DNA of 64,000 nucleotides, taken from Octopus sinensis. Lineage: Eukaryota. The stretch is from assembly GCF_006345805.1 (NCBI RefSeq), contig NC_043001.1, positions 1,550,001 through 1,614,000 of the forward strand, written 5' to 3'. Under the pieces are notes generated by a model. The model searched no databases. It had not been told where the DNA came from and saw only the letters and a program-made list of their open reading frames with translations. Numbering within the stretch: position 1 is the first letter of the stretch; each line of letters starts with the position of its first letter. A program made the translations under genes and the position numbers. This document shows positions 52,965-64,000 of this stretch, in pieces.

Positions 52965-54545
52965 CCTTAAATCCTTAAATATGCTTCAGCCTGAAGGCTG
53001 CGGCCATGCTGGGGCACCACCGCTGAATGAGCTACACTAATATGTGATTCCACCTCTGATACGTGGCACTTGGTCAACAAGGGAGTTCGATGCCGCTGCC
53101 CGCATCTGTGTCTCATGTCGTGAGGTAGGTTCATCTGGGACCCCCGACAAGAAGAGATCCAGTTTAGTTTTAAAGAAACCCACATCCACACCATGCAAGT
53201 CTCTCAGGCATTTAGGGAGGATGTTAAAGAGCTGTGGTCCTCTGACACCCAAGCTGTTGCAGTATCTGGTCCTGTATTTTGATGGTGATGTAGGAATCTT
53301 TGGCACCATGCAGTGGCGCCCCGTTCTGCGGTTGGGGTAACTTTGAATGCCAAAGTTTGGGACAAGACTCTCCAGGATTTTCCAGATGTATATCACCGCA
53401 TATCTCTTCCGCCTCCGCTCTAGGGGGAAGAGGTTTAATACTTTCAGTCTTTCCCAGTAGCTGATATGTTGCATTGAGACGATTTTCTTTGTGTAGCTTC
53501 TCTGAATTGCTTCGAGTTCTGTTGTTAGTTTTATATTGTTGTGGTGACCATAGTTGGGAGCAGTAGTCCAAGCGGCTGAGGACGACAGTTTTCCACAGGA
53601 CCATCAGTGTCTCCTTCTCTCTTGTTCTGAAAGTTCGGAGAATCCATCCAGCTAGCCGTCTGCATTTTATCACCAAATTAGTAATATGCACTTGGAAAGA
53701 TGCATCATTGCTCATGTCAATGCCCAGGTCACGCACTGATCTTGACACCGGGATTGCAGTTTTTCCCGGGCCAGTGTATCCAGTCTGCATGTCATTTACC
53801 TTTTTGTGCCGGTAGCGCAGGGCCTGGAACTTACCTGCATTAAACTGCATGTTGTTGTCCTCAGCCCACCTGTATATTGTATCCAACTCCTGTTGCAGAT
53901 GTGCTATATTTCCAAGGTTTTGTATTGTGTGGGAGACTTTTGTGTCATCTGCATAGCTAGCAAGGGTGGTCATCTTAGTAACTGAGGGCATGTCTGAAAG
54001 GGCCACTATGAATCGCAGTGGCCCCAAGACAGTGCCCTGTGGAACACCGTTTGTTATTTGTGTTTCCTTGGAGGTGGCTCCATTGGTCACAACTGCCTGC
54101 CTTCTATCTTTTAGGAAGTTGTGCAGCCACTCTCCAAGCTTTCTGCCTATGCTGAGACCATGCAGTTTGTGACAAATCATACCGTGGTTGACTTTATCAA
54201 AGGCTTTTGCAAAGTTGAGATATATCACATCCACATTTGAGCCATTTAGTAGCTGTTTTAACACTCAGTCATAGTGTTGCAGGAGCTGTGTTAGGCAGCC
54301 TCTACCTGGTCGAAATCCATGCTGGGTGTCAGACAGCAAGTCATTTTCTTCAAGGAACATGATTAGTTTCTTACGGACTATTCGTTCCATGACTTTGCTG
54401 ATGTGTGAGGTCAGAGAGATAGGCCTATAATTTTTAGCATCTGCTCTGCTTCCTCCCTTATTGATAGGGCATATTACCCCCTCTTTCAATTTAACTGGGA
54501 GCTTACCACTTGCAAGAAAGCTCTGAAAAAGAAGCTGTAGTGGTT
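52965..54545 (-). mobile_element. CR1-like LINE, 5'-truncated, RT domain disabled
   Basis: NYRPISLTS...QHGFRPGR; YLNFAKAFDKV (catalytic D to N); GVPQGTVLGP; YADD; in-frame stop at 54265-54267, frameshift near 53540; (TTAAGGA)n tail. Confidence 0.95.
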
Positions 54546-54903
54546 TATATATATACATATATATAAACACATATATATATATACACACACATATATATAC
54601 ACACACACATATATATATATATACATATATATACACACACATATATATATACACACTCATATATATACACACATTATATACATATATATACACAAACACA
54701 CATATATATATATATATACACACATATATATATACATATATATACATACACATATATACACATATATACATATATATACATATATATACATATATATATA
54801 CATATATATATATATACACATATATATATACATATATATATATATATACACATATATATATATACATATATATATACGCACATATATATATATATTTATA
54901 TAT

Positions 54904-54934
<31 letters not shown>

Positions 54935-55069
54935 CACATATGTATATATATGTATATATAACCCGTGGCCTCTACCTGGGATGTAGCCAGTCAACTTATA
55001 CATACCTTTCCTTCTTGGGACACAAAACTACACTTGTGAATACCCGTTGAGGCAAGTGGAAATCAAATC

Positions 55070-55420
55070 AAATCAGAAATCAGAACCAAAATCGAAATTG
55101 CAGCTGTGATACCAGTGCCAGTGACACGTAAGTGAACCATCCGATCATGGCCGTTGCCAGCGCTGCCCCGACTGGCCTCCCTGCCGGTGGCACATAAAAA
55201 GCACCATCCATCCGTGGCCGTTTGCCAGCCCCGTCTGGCACCTGTGCGGGTGGCACATTAAAAGCACCCACTACACTCACGGAGTGGTTGTCGTTAGGAA
55301 GGGCATCCAGCCATAGAAACATTGCCAGATAATACTGGGCCTGGTGCAGCCTTCTGGCTTCCCAGACCCCAGTTGAACCGTCCAACCTATGCTAGCATGG
55401 AAAACGGACGCTAAATGATG
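55070..55420 (+). mobile_element. RTE 3'UTR-derived repeat
   Basis: Same terminus and ggtggcac..aaaagcacc modules as 11270-11735. Confidence 0.85.
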
Positions 55421-56033
55421 ATGATATATATATATACATATATATACATGTACATATACATATACATATATATACACATATATATATATATACATATATA
55501 TACACATATATATATATATATACGTATATATACACATATATACACATATATATACATATATATACACATATATATACATATATACACATATATATACATA
55601 TATATACACATATATATACATATATATGCACATATATATATATATATACATATATATACATATATATATACATATATATACACATATATATATACATATA
55701 TATTTACACATATATATATATATACATATATATACACACATATATATATATACACATATATATATATACACATATATATATATATATACATACACACCTA
55801 TATACATAAATATACACACATATATACACACACATATATATATATATACATATATATACACACACATATATATATACATATATATACACACACACATATA
55901 TATATATACATATATATATATGTATACGTATATATACACATATTTATACACATATATATACACATATATATATATACACATATTTATACACATATACATG
56001 TTCATACATATACATACATACATACATATATAT

Positions 56034-57327
56034 GATGGCTGCCCCCTTGTTACTGCGTATGGCCATTGCATGAGGCTTATCTGTTAATGGTGCTGTGATC
56101 ATATGTGACACTTTAGCCCAGCTAAAGTTCTACAATGTCTCGTACAGAATTGGCAGCTAAATCCTTTACTGGCAGTTGCTGGCTGTAGATGTAATTGGGC
56201 TTCATGTACCTTTGCATATCGTAGTTCTCCCACCGAATCACAGTCCCTTCCACGTGCTTGACATATGATTAGTATGGTGTGTAGCATCACCACCAGTGGC
56301 CTGGTAGTCAATCATTGGTCCTGCCTTATGACTAAAAAGATGTGTCCAGCTTTACATGTAGTGTCTTACACATACACTGCATGTCAGCATCATAGGAAGA
56401 TCCTTGCTATCTGAAAGTGCAACAGCAATGCCCTTGCTGACATCCCTCCTCATTTTCTCATGCGCAACTCGAGATTTCTCAAAAGTAGCTGTCCCCTCAT
56501 ACACAATCCTTCTTACCCTGTTACAGTCAACAGCTATGCACTCCCATGTGTCAGGAGAGAAGGAAGCCTTCAGCAAGTCTTTTTACCTGTTTTTTGGTTT
56601 ATGTGGAGGTCATTCTCCTTTAGCTAATTTTCCATGAAAGAGTTGTTTTGGCATCCTTCATCCTGACCAGATGACCACTCCATTTGAGTCTTTGCTTCAA
56701 CACAAGAGCTTCTATACTTTCACACCGAGAGCTTTCCAATATCTCAAGATCATTGATGCAGTCCTCCAATCTCAATGCCATAAACAGATCATTCTGGGAC
56801 ACACCTGATGGAAACGTTCCAGTTGTTTAAGGTGGTATCGATCTGTGACCCAGGCCTCACAGGCATAATGAAGAGAAGGGAGCACACATGCCTTGTACAC
56901 CTTTATCTTTGTCTTTCTGCATATGTCTTACCAACTCCAGAGGCACCTTTCTAGCCTTCTGAAAGCATCACTTGCTTTCTTAGTTCTGTGTGGAATTTCA
57001 TTATCCAAATTGCTATATCTTTTAACTGTGCTTACCAGGTAGACGAACTAATCAACTACATCAAGTCGTTTACCATACACATAGATATTTGGTACACTAT
57101 ACTGCTTCCCAGGGGCAGGTTGGTACATGACAACAGTTTTCTTGAGACTGACTGTCAATCCTAAGGCAGTGCAAGCATCAGAGAATGCATTCAAAATGTG
57201 TTGCATATCAATCTCTGTGTGCATTACTAGATCACAATCATCTGCATACAAAAGGTCTCTTATGATAAAGGTAAATACCTTTGTTTTTGCAGCAAAGTGC
57301 CTGATATTAAATATGCTGCCAGAAAAA
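56034..57327 (-). mobile_element. RTE (BovB-like) LINE, 5'-truncated pseudogene with RT motif and C-terminal C2H2 finger
   Basis: IRDLLYADDCDLV...LGLTVSLKKTVVM; LKQRLKWSGHLVRM; CQFCTRHCRTLAGLKCH; several stops and frameshifts. Confidence 0.92.
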
Positions 57328-57329
57328 AA

Positions 57330-57495
57330 AACATCTGAAAACCTTAGAAATACCCTACAATCTAGGTATATTGCAAAAGTTGGCATTACTTGGAACTGCA
57401 CTCATGTGACTTGACAAACATTACAAACCCTGGGTAGATACAATATCTTTAATCAACAGCCTCATGATATCATATACTGTGTGATGTCTATAATA
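57330..57495 (+). mobile_element. RLE LINE terminal stub
   Basis: Near-duplicate of 58140-58330 and 23985-24190. Confidence 0.85.
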
Positions 57496-57535
<40 letters not shown>

Positions 57536-57697
57536 TTTGCTCAACTGGTACTGATTTTATCAACTCCAAAACAATGAAAGGCAAAGTAGGACCTTGGTGG
57601 AATTTGAACTCAGAATGGAAAAAATGCTGTGGAACATTTTGTCCAACACAGTAACAATTCTAACGGCTCACCACTTTATTAGAATAAATAATAATAA

Positions 57698-58335
57698 TAA
57701 TGTTACTGCTTGTGAAAGTCTTGCACAGAAAGAGTACGAGCGTAGACACGACAAAGTAGCCCAAAACCTCCACTGGCTACTATGCTGTTAGTATGGATAT
57801 GAGGTTATGGTGCTTGGTACCAACATACACCGGAAAATGTAATGGACGAAAAGAGAAAGGAAAACATTCTCTGGGACTTTGATTTCTAGACAAAGTGTTA
57901 AAGCACCAAAGGCCAGATATAGTAACCTTTAGGAGGAACAAACAAGAGTGCCTAATAATTGACGTGGCAGGGCCAGGAGATCAACATATCATCATGAAAG
58001 AAAGAGAAAAAGTTGATAAATAGGGAGACCTGAGAATTAAGATCGTTAAGATGTGAGAGCTACCAGAGTCAAACAACAGGGTTATCTCTATCGTCATGGA
58101 AGCATTGGGTTCAATACCACCCAATCTGAAAAAAAGAACCCTGCAAACTTTAAAAATACCCTACAATCTAGGTGTATTGCAAAAGTTGGCATTACTTGGA
58201 ACTGCATGCATATTGCATAAAGTACTGTTGTGTTTGAGGTCCTTGTGACTTGACAAACAGTACAAACCCCCGGTAGATACAATATCTTCAATCAGCAACT
58301 TCACGATATTGTACACTGCGTGACGTCTATAATAA
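57698..58335 (+). mobile_element. RLE (R4/Dong-like) LINE 3' fragment, from zinc knuckle to tail, in (AAT)n
   Basis: TACESLAQKEYERRHDKVAQNLHWLLC; ILWDFDF; RPDIVTF; QKLALLGTACILHKVL. Confidence 0.9.
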
Positions 58336-58389
58336 TATTATTAATTATAATCATTATTACAAAGACAAAAAAACAAAATAAAATGCCAT

Positions 58390-58600
58390 ATTGTTAACAT
58401 ATCAGTCCCAACAGATGACTATATATCACTGAAGAAATGGAAAAACCTTCAAAATTCAAAGATCCAGAGGTAATCTGAATGTGGAACCTGAAGACAGAAA
58501 CAATTCTTATAATTATAGGGGCATTAGGTATGATTAAGAAGCAAACAGAATATAGCATTGTTAGGCACCACACACATACCTAAGGCACACAGAGATGGGT
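58390..58600 (+). mobile_element. RLE LINE fragment of another family
   Basis: NISVPTDDYISLK...MWNLKTETILIIIGALGMIKK...LLGTTHI. Confidence 0.7.
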
Positions 58601-58671
58601 TCAATAGGGCAGTGAATGTCCACAATAAAAATAAAACTACTGAGTAATAATAATAATAATAATAATAATAG

Positions 58672-59141
58672 ATAAAACATGGGCTACAGCAAATATTCTG
58701 CTCAGTACCACAGATTTGCTTGTCAGTTTTTTTACCTTAACCAGTTGAGCCTGTCCCTTGGTGGCTGACGATATGTGCATCTCTGATCACGAGCAGAAGT
58801 AGTGGGGGAAGCATCATAGCCATGTGTTGAGAGGGATTCTTTGGGGTTTGAATAATGCACTCCTGGAAATATTGGTGTTTCGTTCAACATACTTAAACAA
58901 CCCTTATTCAGGGACTTTTTGAGCAGGATGGGTTGCTCGACCAGAAGCAAATTCTAACTGGGCCCCACCTGCAAGGTCATATGCTGTTTACCTTGATATG
59001 AGATCACCATGTCATGCACATACGGTTGTGATGCATGTGCCTAGTGTACCCTTACCAAACCGGTAGTCATGATGAGTATACTGGGCTTCGTATATTTTAC
59101 ACCAGTGTCACTTTGATGGCATGCACTGCTCTCTCACTCAA
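58672..59141 (+). mobile_element. (AAT)n-embedded non-coding retroposon, copy 3, 5'-truncated
   Basis: Matches copies 1 and 2 from gggctacagcaaatattctgctc to ctctctcactca. Confidence 0.9.
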
Positions 59142-59636
59142 GAATAATAATTTCTTTTATTTGCAGCTGGGGTGTTTGATGTTGTGGATAATGCAAAGAC
59201 AAGTTACAATAAGGAGTTCAGACACAATTAGATGAGGAGGGAAAATAGGTATGGGGAAAATTTGAACTAAAAGTATGTACAGTATGTATAAAGTAGAGAG
59301 GAGATATAGAGCTGCTGATAGAGGACTGCCTTCTATTAAGTCTGAGATCTGATGACCATAAAAGCCAGGTGTCCTCTCCTAACTGCCATTCTCTGATCTA
59401 CTTCTATTAGTTCCAGTCAACCTAACAATTTCCAGCAAAGTCTTCACTTCTCCCCCCCCTCTCTCTCTACTTTGCTCTTCAAGGGGAACTTGAAACAATC
59501 AATAACAACTTTGACTGAAGAAAAAGGTATTCTGTCCTCAAGTCTTTCAGCTGCACAACAACAACAATAATAGTTATGATTTTTTTTTTATTGGCCACAG
59601 GGTCCCATGACACTGAAGATAATACAAGGATAATAT

Positions 59637-60057
59637 ACGCAGGAGTGGCTGCATGGTAAGTAGCTTGCTAACCAACCACATGGCTCCGGGTTCAGTCCCA
59701 CTGCGTGGCATCTTGGGCAAGTGTCTTCTGCTATAGCCCCGGGCCGACCAATGCCTTGTGAGTGGATTTGGTAGACGGAAACTGAAAGAAGCCTGTTGTA
59801 TATATGTATATATATATATATGTATATGTGTGTGTGTGTGTGTGTTTATGTGTCTGTGTTTGTCCCCCTAGCATTGCTTGACAACCGATGCTGGTGTGTT
59901 TACGTCCCCGTCACTTAGCGGTTTGGCAAAAGAGACCGATAGAATAAGCACTGGGCTTACAAAGAATAAGTCCTGGGGTCGATTTGCTCGACTAAAGGCG
60001 GTGCTCCAGCATGGCCACAGTCAAAATGACTGAAACAAGTAAAAGAGTAAAGAGTAA
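59637..60057 (+). mobile_element. tRNA-derived SINE family A, full length, CR1-type 3' tail
   Basis: A box TGGCTGCATGG, B box GGTTCAGTCCC, internal (TA)(TG) tract, tail GGTGCTCCAGCATGGCCACAGTCAAAATGACTGAAAC+(GTAAA(A)GA)n. Confidence 0.92.
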
Positions 60058-60559
60058 ATGAAATGGATTTACAGGGATTAAAAAGGGATCAACAAAAACG
60101 AAAGATATAGGAATAAAAATTTGAATAGAGAAAGTTCCCCAATAAAGGAAGGGCCAACAAGACCATTTCAGGGGAAACCCCATACAAAAGCTTGGGTTAC
60201 ACTGCCACATGCAAAGATTCAAAAGTACCTTTTCTCCTATTTAGAAAAGCATTCTGAAGGTAAGCCCCATGAACCAAACATGAGAAGACTTTTCTTTTAA
60301 GTCGGTTTCTGTCACTTACAATATTGGGAACAGTTTAAGGGTAAAATGCAGAGAAAAACCACAAAGAAGAAACTGACAGGAACCTTTACATTGAACAAAA
60401 CCAAAACTGAGAGAAACAATAACAAAACAACACATTAACAAATAGGTCACTATTATTTCTAATTTAGACACAAGCTTAGCAGTTTTAAAGAGAGTGTGTG
60501 GGGGGGTGTCTAATTAATACTTCTGACTCCACTACTGGACTAATGCTTTATTTTATTGA

Positions 60560-60600
<41 letters not shown>

Positions 60601-60608
60601 TATACATA

Positions 60609-60905
60609 TATATGGGTACAGGTCGTCACAAACCATATGTCACCACTGTCCTGTTTTTGTTCCCGACTTTGACCCTCCATAAATCCCAAATTGTATTTTG
60701 GCTTTTGTGGGAGCAACTGCCTTTGAAAACTCATATTGTCGTTTAATGCTCGAAATGAAGAGTAGATAGACAGCCAACGACTGAGGAAGGGTCGTTCTTT
60801 ATGTTACTTGTCTTGTTTTCCATTTCTTTCTCTCGTTTGCATATTCAACTCATTTGTTTTCATATTTCATGTTGTTTATGGTTTGTGATATCCTGTACCC
60901 ATATA
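60609..60905. mobile_element. ~290-bp element with 29-bp terminal inverted repeats in (TA)n
   Basis: TATATGGGTACAGG(TCG/ATA)TCACAAACCATA at 60609-60637, inverted at 60877-60905 (3 mismatches). Confidence 0.75.
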
Positions 60906-60945
<40 letters not shown>

Positions 60946-61031
60946 TATTAGAGACAAAACCACTATTTTGCAAAACAAACAAGGAAAGACTTAATCAATA
61001 CATAACTTTTAATAAATAGTCAAAAAAACCG

Positions 61032-61074
61032 CCACTACAATCGTTTCTTGTCTTGATCGACAATCTTCAGGTGG
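61032..61074 (-). ncRNA. Minimal type-I hammerhead ribozyme (mirror copy)
   Basis: Exact reverse complement of 61136-61178. Confidence 0.85.
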
Positions 61075-61135
61075 ACTTCCAATAAGTCAGTTTCAAATTA
61101 TGAAATTCATAATTTGAAACTGACTTATTGGAAGT

Positions 61136-61178
61136 CCACCTGAAGATTGTCGATCAAGACAAGAAACGATTGTAGTGG
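61136..61178 (+). ncRNA. Minimal type-I hammerhead ribozyme (Penelope-like-element type)
   Basis: CCAC-CTGAAGA-TTGTC-GATCAA-GACAA-GAAA-C-GATT-GT-A-GTGG: helix I CCAC/GTGG, core CUGANGA and GAAA, helix II 5 bp, helix III AC/GU, GUA triplet at 61172-61174. Confidence 0.85.
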
Positions 61179-61522
61179 CGGTTTTTTTGACTATTTATTA
61201 AAATTTTATGTATTGATTAAGTCTTTCCTTGTTTGTTTTGCAAAATAGTGGTTTTGTCTCAAATAATATTTTATAATATTTTACTATAAAATTGGATTTA
61301 ATCCTAAATCTGATTTTTTCCCTGTAAATTTGGATTTATTCCCTAATATTTATTATATATATATATATATATATATTATTATTATTATTATATGTTATTA
61401 TTTGATTGAATGCCATGCATCCATTTCCAAGTTTATATATATATATGTGTGTGTGTGTGAATGTATTTGTGTGTCTGTGTTTGCACCCCCCCCCCATATT
61501 GCTTAACAACCGATATTGGTGT

Positions 61523-61900
61523 CATCATCATCATCATTGTTCGACCGTGGTCGAGACAATGGAATTTACCATGTTGCGCCAGACTTCACGGTCCATCATA
61601 GCATTACGGAGGTCCTGTTGCTGGATGCCTGTATCCCTGGAGATTACATCAGGGTAGGAGAGTGTGCGCCCTCTGGTGTTGCGAGTAGATGGCTTCCAGA
61701 GGAGAAGAGTAGAAATTACTTCTTTTTCAGCTCTACAACAATGTCCAGCAAACTGGACTCACCTACCTTTCACAAGAGATGACACAGGTGGTAATTTCCC
61801 ATATATTTGCATTTTAGTTGGATGGCGCCTCCACGAGATATTTTGAGCTCTCATAAGGAGGCGAGTGTAGGTTCCATCCAACCGCCTCTCAAGCTTCTTT
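61523..61900 (-). mobile_element. RTE-type LINE 3' fragment nested in a family A SINE (about 61440-62070, +)
   Basis: KKLERRLDGTYTRLLMRAQNISWRRHPT...VQFAGHC; (TGA)n tail; perfect 11-bp TSD GATATTGGTGT at 61512-61522 and 61901-61911. Confidence 0.9.
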
Positions 61901-62149
61901 GATATTGGTGTGCTTGCATCCCCGTAACTTAGCATTTTGGCATAAAAAACCAATAGAATAAGTACTAGGCTTAGAAAAAATAAGTCCTGGGGGCGATTTG
62001 GTCGACCAAAAGTGGTGCTCCAGCATGGCTGCATTCAAATGACTGAAACAAGTAAAAGAATAAAAGAATGACCTAAATATGGAGGTAGTGTAACCCCAAA
62101 GGACGATTTGGGGTACCTTTCATTCATTTCTGGGTAACCCTGATGCACC

Positions 62150-62518
62150 AGCTGCATGCTGGTCAGTTATGAGACATCAGCTTTGGCCATGACCATGATT
62201 TCACTTGGCTTGCTAGGTTTTCTCAAGCACAGCAAATTGCCAAAGGTTGCAGTCACTAGTCATTGCTTCAGTGAGACCCAACATTCAAAGATCAAGCTTC
62301 ACCACCTCATCCCATGTCTTCCTGGGTTTACCTCTATCACAGGTTCCCACTACAATCAGAGATCAGCACTTCTTTAAACAGCTGTCCTCATTCATACGCA
62401 TCACATAACTATACCAGTGCAGTCCTCTCTTGAACACCACATCTGATGCTTCTTATGTTCAACTTTCCTCTTAAGATGCTTATACTCTGTTGTACATGCA
62501 CACTGACTTTGCACATTT
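62150..62518 (-). mobile_element. RTE LINE 3' fragment, same family as 6178-6999, degraded
   Basis: Minus strand gives LNIRSIRCGVQER and ggtaaacccaggaagacatgggatgag, homologous to 6480-6660. Confidence 0.8.
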
Positions 62519-62816
62519 GGGTGGAGTGAAAATTAAAAATTGTGGAAATTGAAAATGCCTGAGGACTAAAATGTTTTTATATTACTAGAAAAATGCTAAA
62601 TTTTCACTGAGAGCAATTAAGAGTATTTACTCCCTCAAGCCCCCTAAACTTCAAAAATAGGTGACTTTTGTAAATTTTTGGCAATAGCAAAGTTTGTGGG
62701 GTTCAAAGGAATAAATGTCTAAGCAAAAGTTTAGCATTTTTCTAGTAATAACATATAGCAAGATTTTAGGCCTCAGGCATTTTCAGTTTCTACAATTTTT
62801 TTATTTCACTCCACCC
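62519..62816. mobile_element. MITE, about 300 bp, long imperfect TIRs (about 85 bp); partial third terminus at 62865-62910
   Basis: GGGTGGAGTGAAA..AAAAATTGT.GAAA.TGAAAATGCCTGAGG..TAAAAT...TATTACTAGAAAAATGCTAA on both ends in inverted orientation. Confidence 0.8.
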
Positions 62817-62911
62817 TAAATTACACAATCTATATATTCGCACACACATATACATGTGTGAGAGTGGAGTGGAAATAAAAAATTGAAAATGCCTGAGGCC
62901 TGAAACCTCAA

Positions 62912-63050
62912 CAGACTGCATGCATACGGCATAAAATACTGTCTCTTTGAGGTCCTTGTTGTGATTTGACAGAAAGTACAGGCCCCTGGTACAAGCAATA
63001 TCTTCAATCAACATCACAATATTGGATACTGTGTGACATCTTCAATAACA
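62912..63050 (+). mobile_element. RLE LINE 3'UTR stub
   Basis: Matches 58200-58330. Confidence 0.8.
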
Positions 63051-64000
63051 ATAATCATAATAATCATAATAATAATTTCAAATTTTGGCACAAGGCCAGC
63101 AAGTACAGGGGGAGGGAACAAGTTGATTACATTAACCCCAGTGTTGAACTGGTACTTAATTTATCGACCCCAAAATGATGAAAGCAAAGTCGAACTTGAT
63201 GAAATTTAAACTCAGAATGGAAAGACAGGTGAAATGCCACTAAGCATTTTCCCCAGCATGCCAATGATTCTGCCAGAAAAATGCAAAAACCATGTTTAAA
63301 AATTATGAAGGGAGGAGCAACAAGTAAATGACATTAATAACTCTATTGAAGGGTGTATGAAGAGAACTTAGCTGTTATATTTTACCAAGTAAAACAAAGC
63401 TTAGAGCTGAACATCCTGAAGAACTCGGAGGAATAAGCAAAAACATGGGAAATGAAAATAATGAACAGCAACAGCAAAAAAGAATAAGAAACCCCAGTTT
63501 CTCAAGCACCATCAGCCAAAATTGTGGGTATGGCAAAGGAAATATCTTTTAAGAATGGCATCACAAACTCTCACCTGTATCCTCAATCTCATGTCTTTTG
63601 CCTCTACGCCATCTACAGGGCAGATCTGATATTGCTTTGTGAGCTTTGAGGATCATTAGGAATTGTAAGTCCATTTTGATGTCCCCTGATTAAAGCCACC
63701 TTTCGTTAAGCCTGCTTTCACCTTTCCTATACTATGACACAAAAATCACTACTAACCATGGGTCTACATGATGTCCAATGTCTCTAAATTGTGTCTTGTG
63801 TGCTTCTTTGACCCATGTACTGGGCTACAATTGTACAATCAGAGATAGCTTTGACAATTTCAGTCTGTGTTTTCACTGCATCTTCAGTTGTAAAGATACA
63901 GCAAATAGTGTCGTTATGGCTTTTCCTTTTTGGCTGAGATAATTAACCTTCATGCGTGAGTGAATGCAGGGTATTGTAATCACTATGTATGTTTGTGTGT

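Larger units (their letters stand above)
60936..61275. repeat. Near-perfect palindrome, arms about 170 bp, 1-nt loop at 61105
   Basis: Arms compared base by base: 2 mismatches and 1 indel, all in the outer third. Confidence 0.97.

Overview
AT-rich, repeat-saturated animal genomic DNA with no recognisable intact host gene. The SINE and LINE families resemble those of Octopus (inference from recalled family motifs, no search run). It contains 5'-truncated LINE relics of three clades: CR1-like (1-770, 50210-50660, 52965-54545), RTE (6178-6999, 56034-57327, 61523-61900, 62150-62518 and many 3'UTR stubs), and restriction-like-endonuclease R4/Dong-type copies in (AAT)n. It also holds at least four SINE families, a non-autonomous Helitron, TIR elements, a 64-bp minisatellite, kb-scale (TA/CA) microsatellite fields and a 100-N gap. 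Most listed ORFs are microsatellite translations or antisense shadows. The best finding is a ~340-bp near-perfect palindrome (60936-61275) in which each arm carries a complete minimal type-I hammerhead ribozyme of the Penelope-like-element kind, one per strand. A second, decayed hammerhead lies at 43587-43633. Also notable are a fixed-length ~540-bp non-coding element that always sits in the (AAT)n tail of an RLE-LINE, a SINE/CR1 shared 3' stem-loop with compensatory changes, a fold-back LINE duplication, and nested insertions with target-site duplications. Candidate host exons are low confidence.
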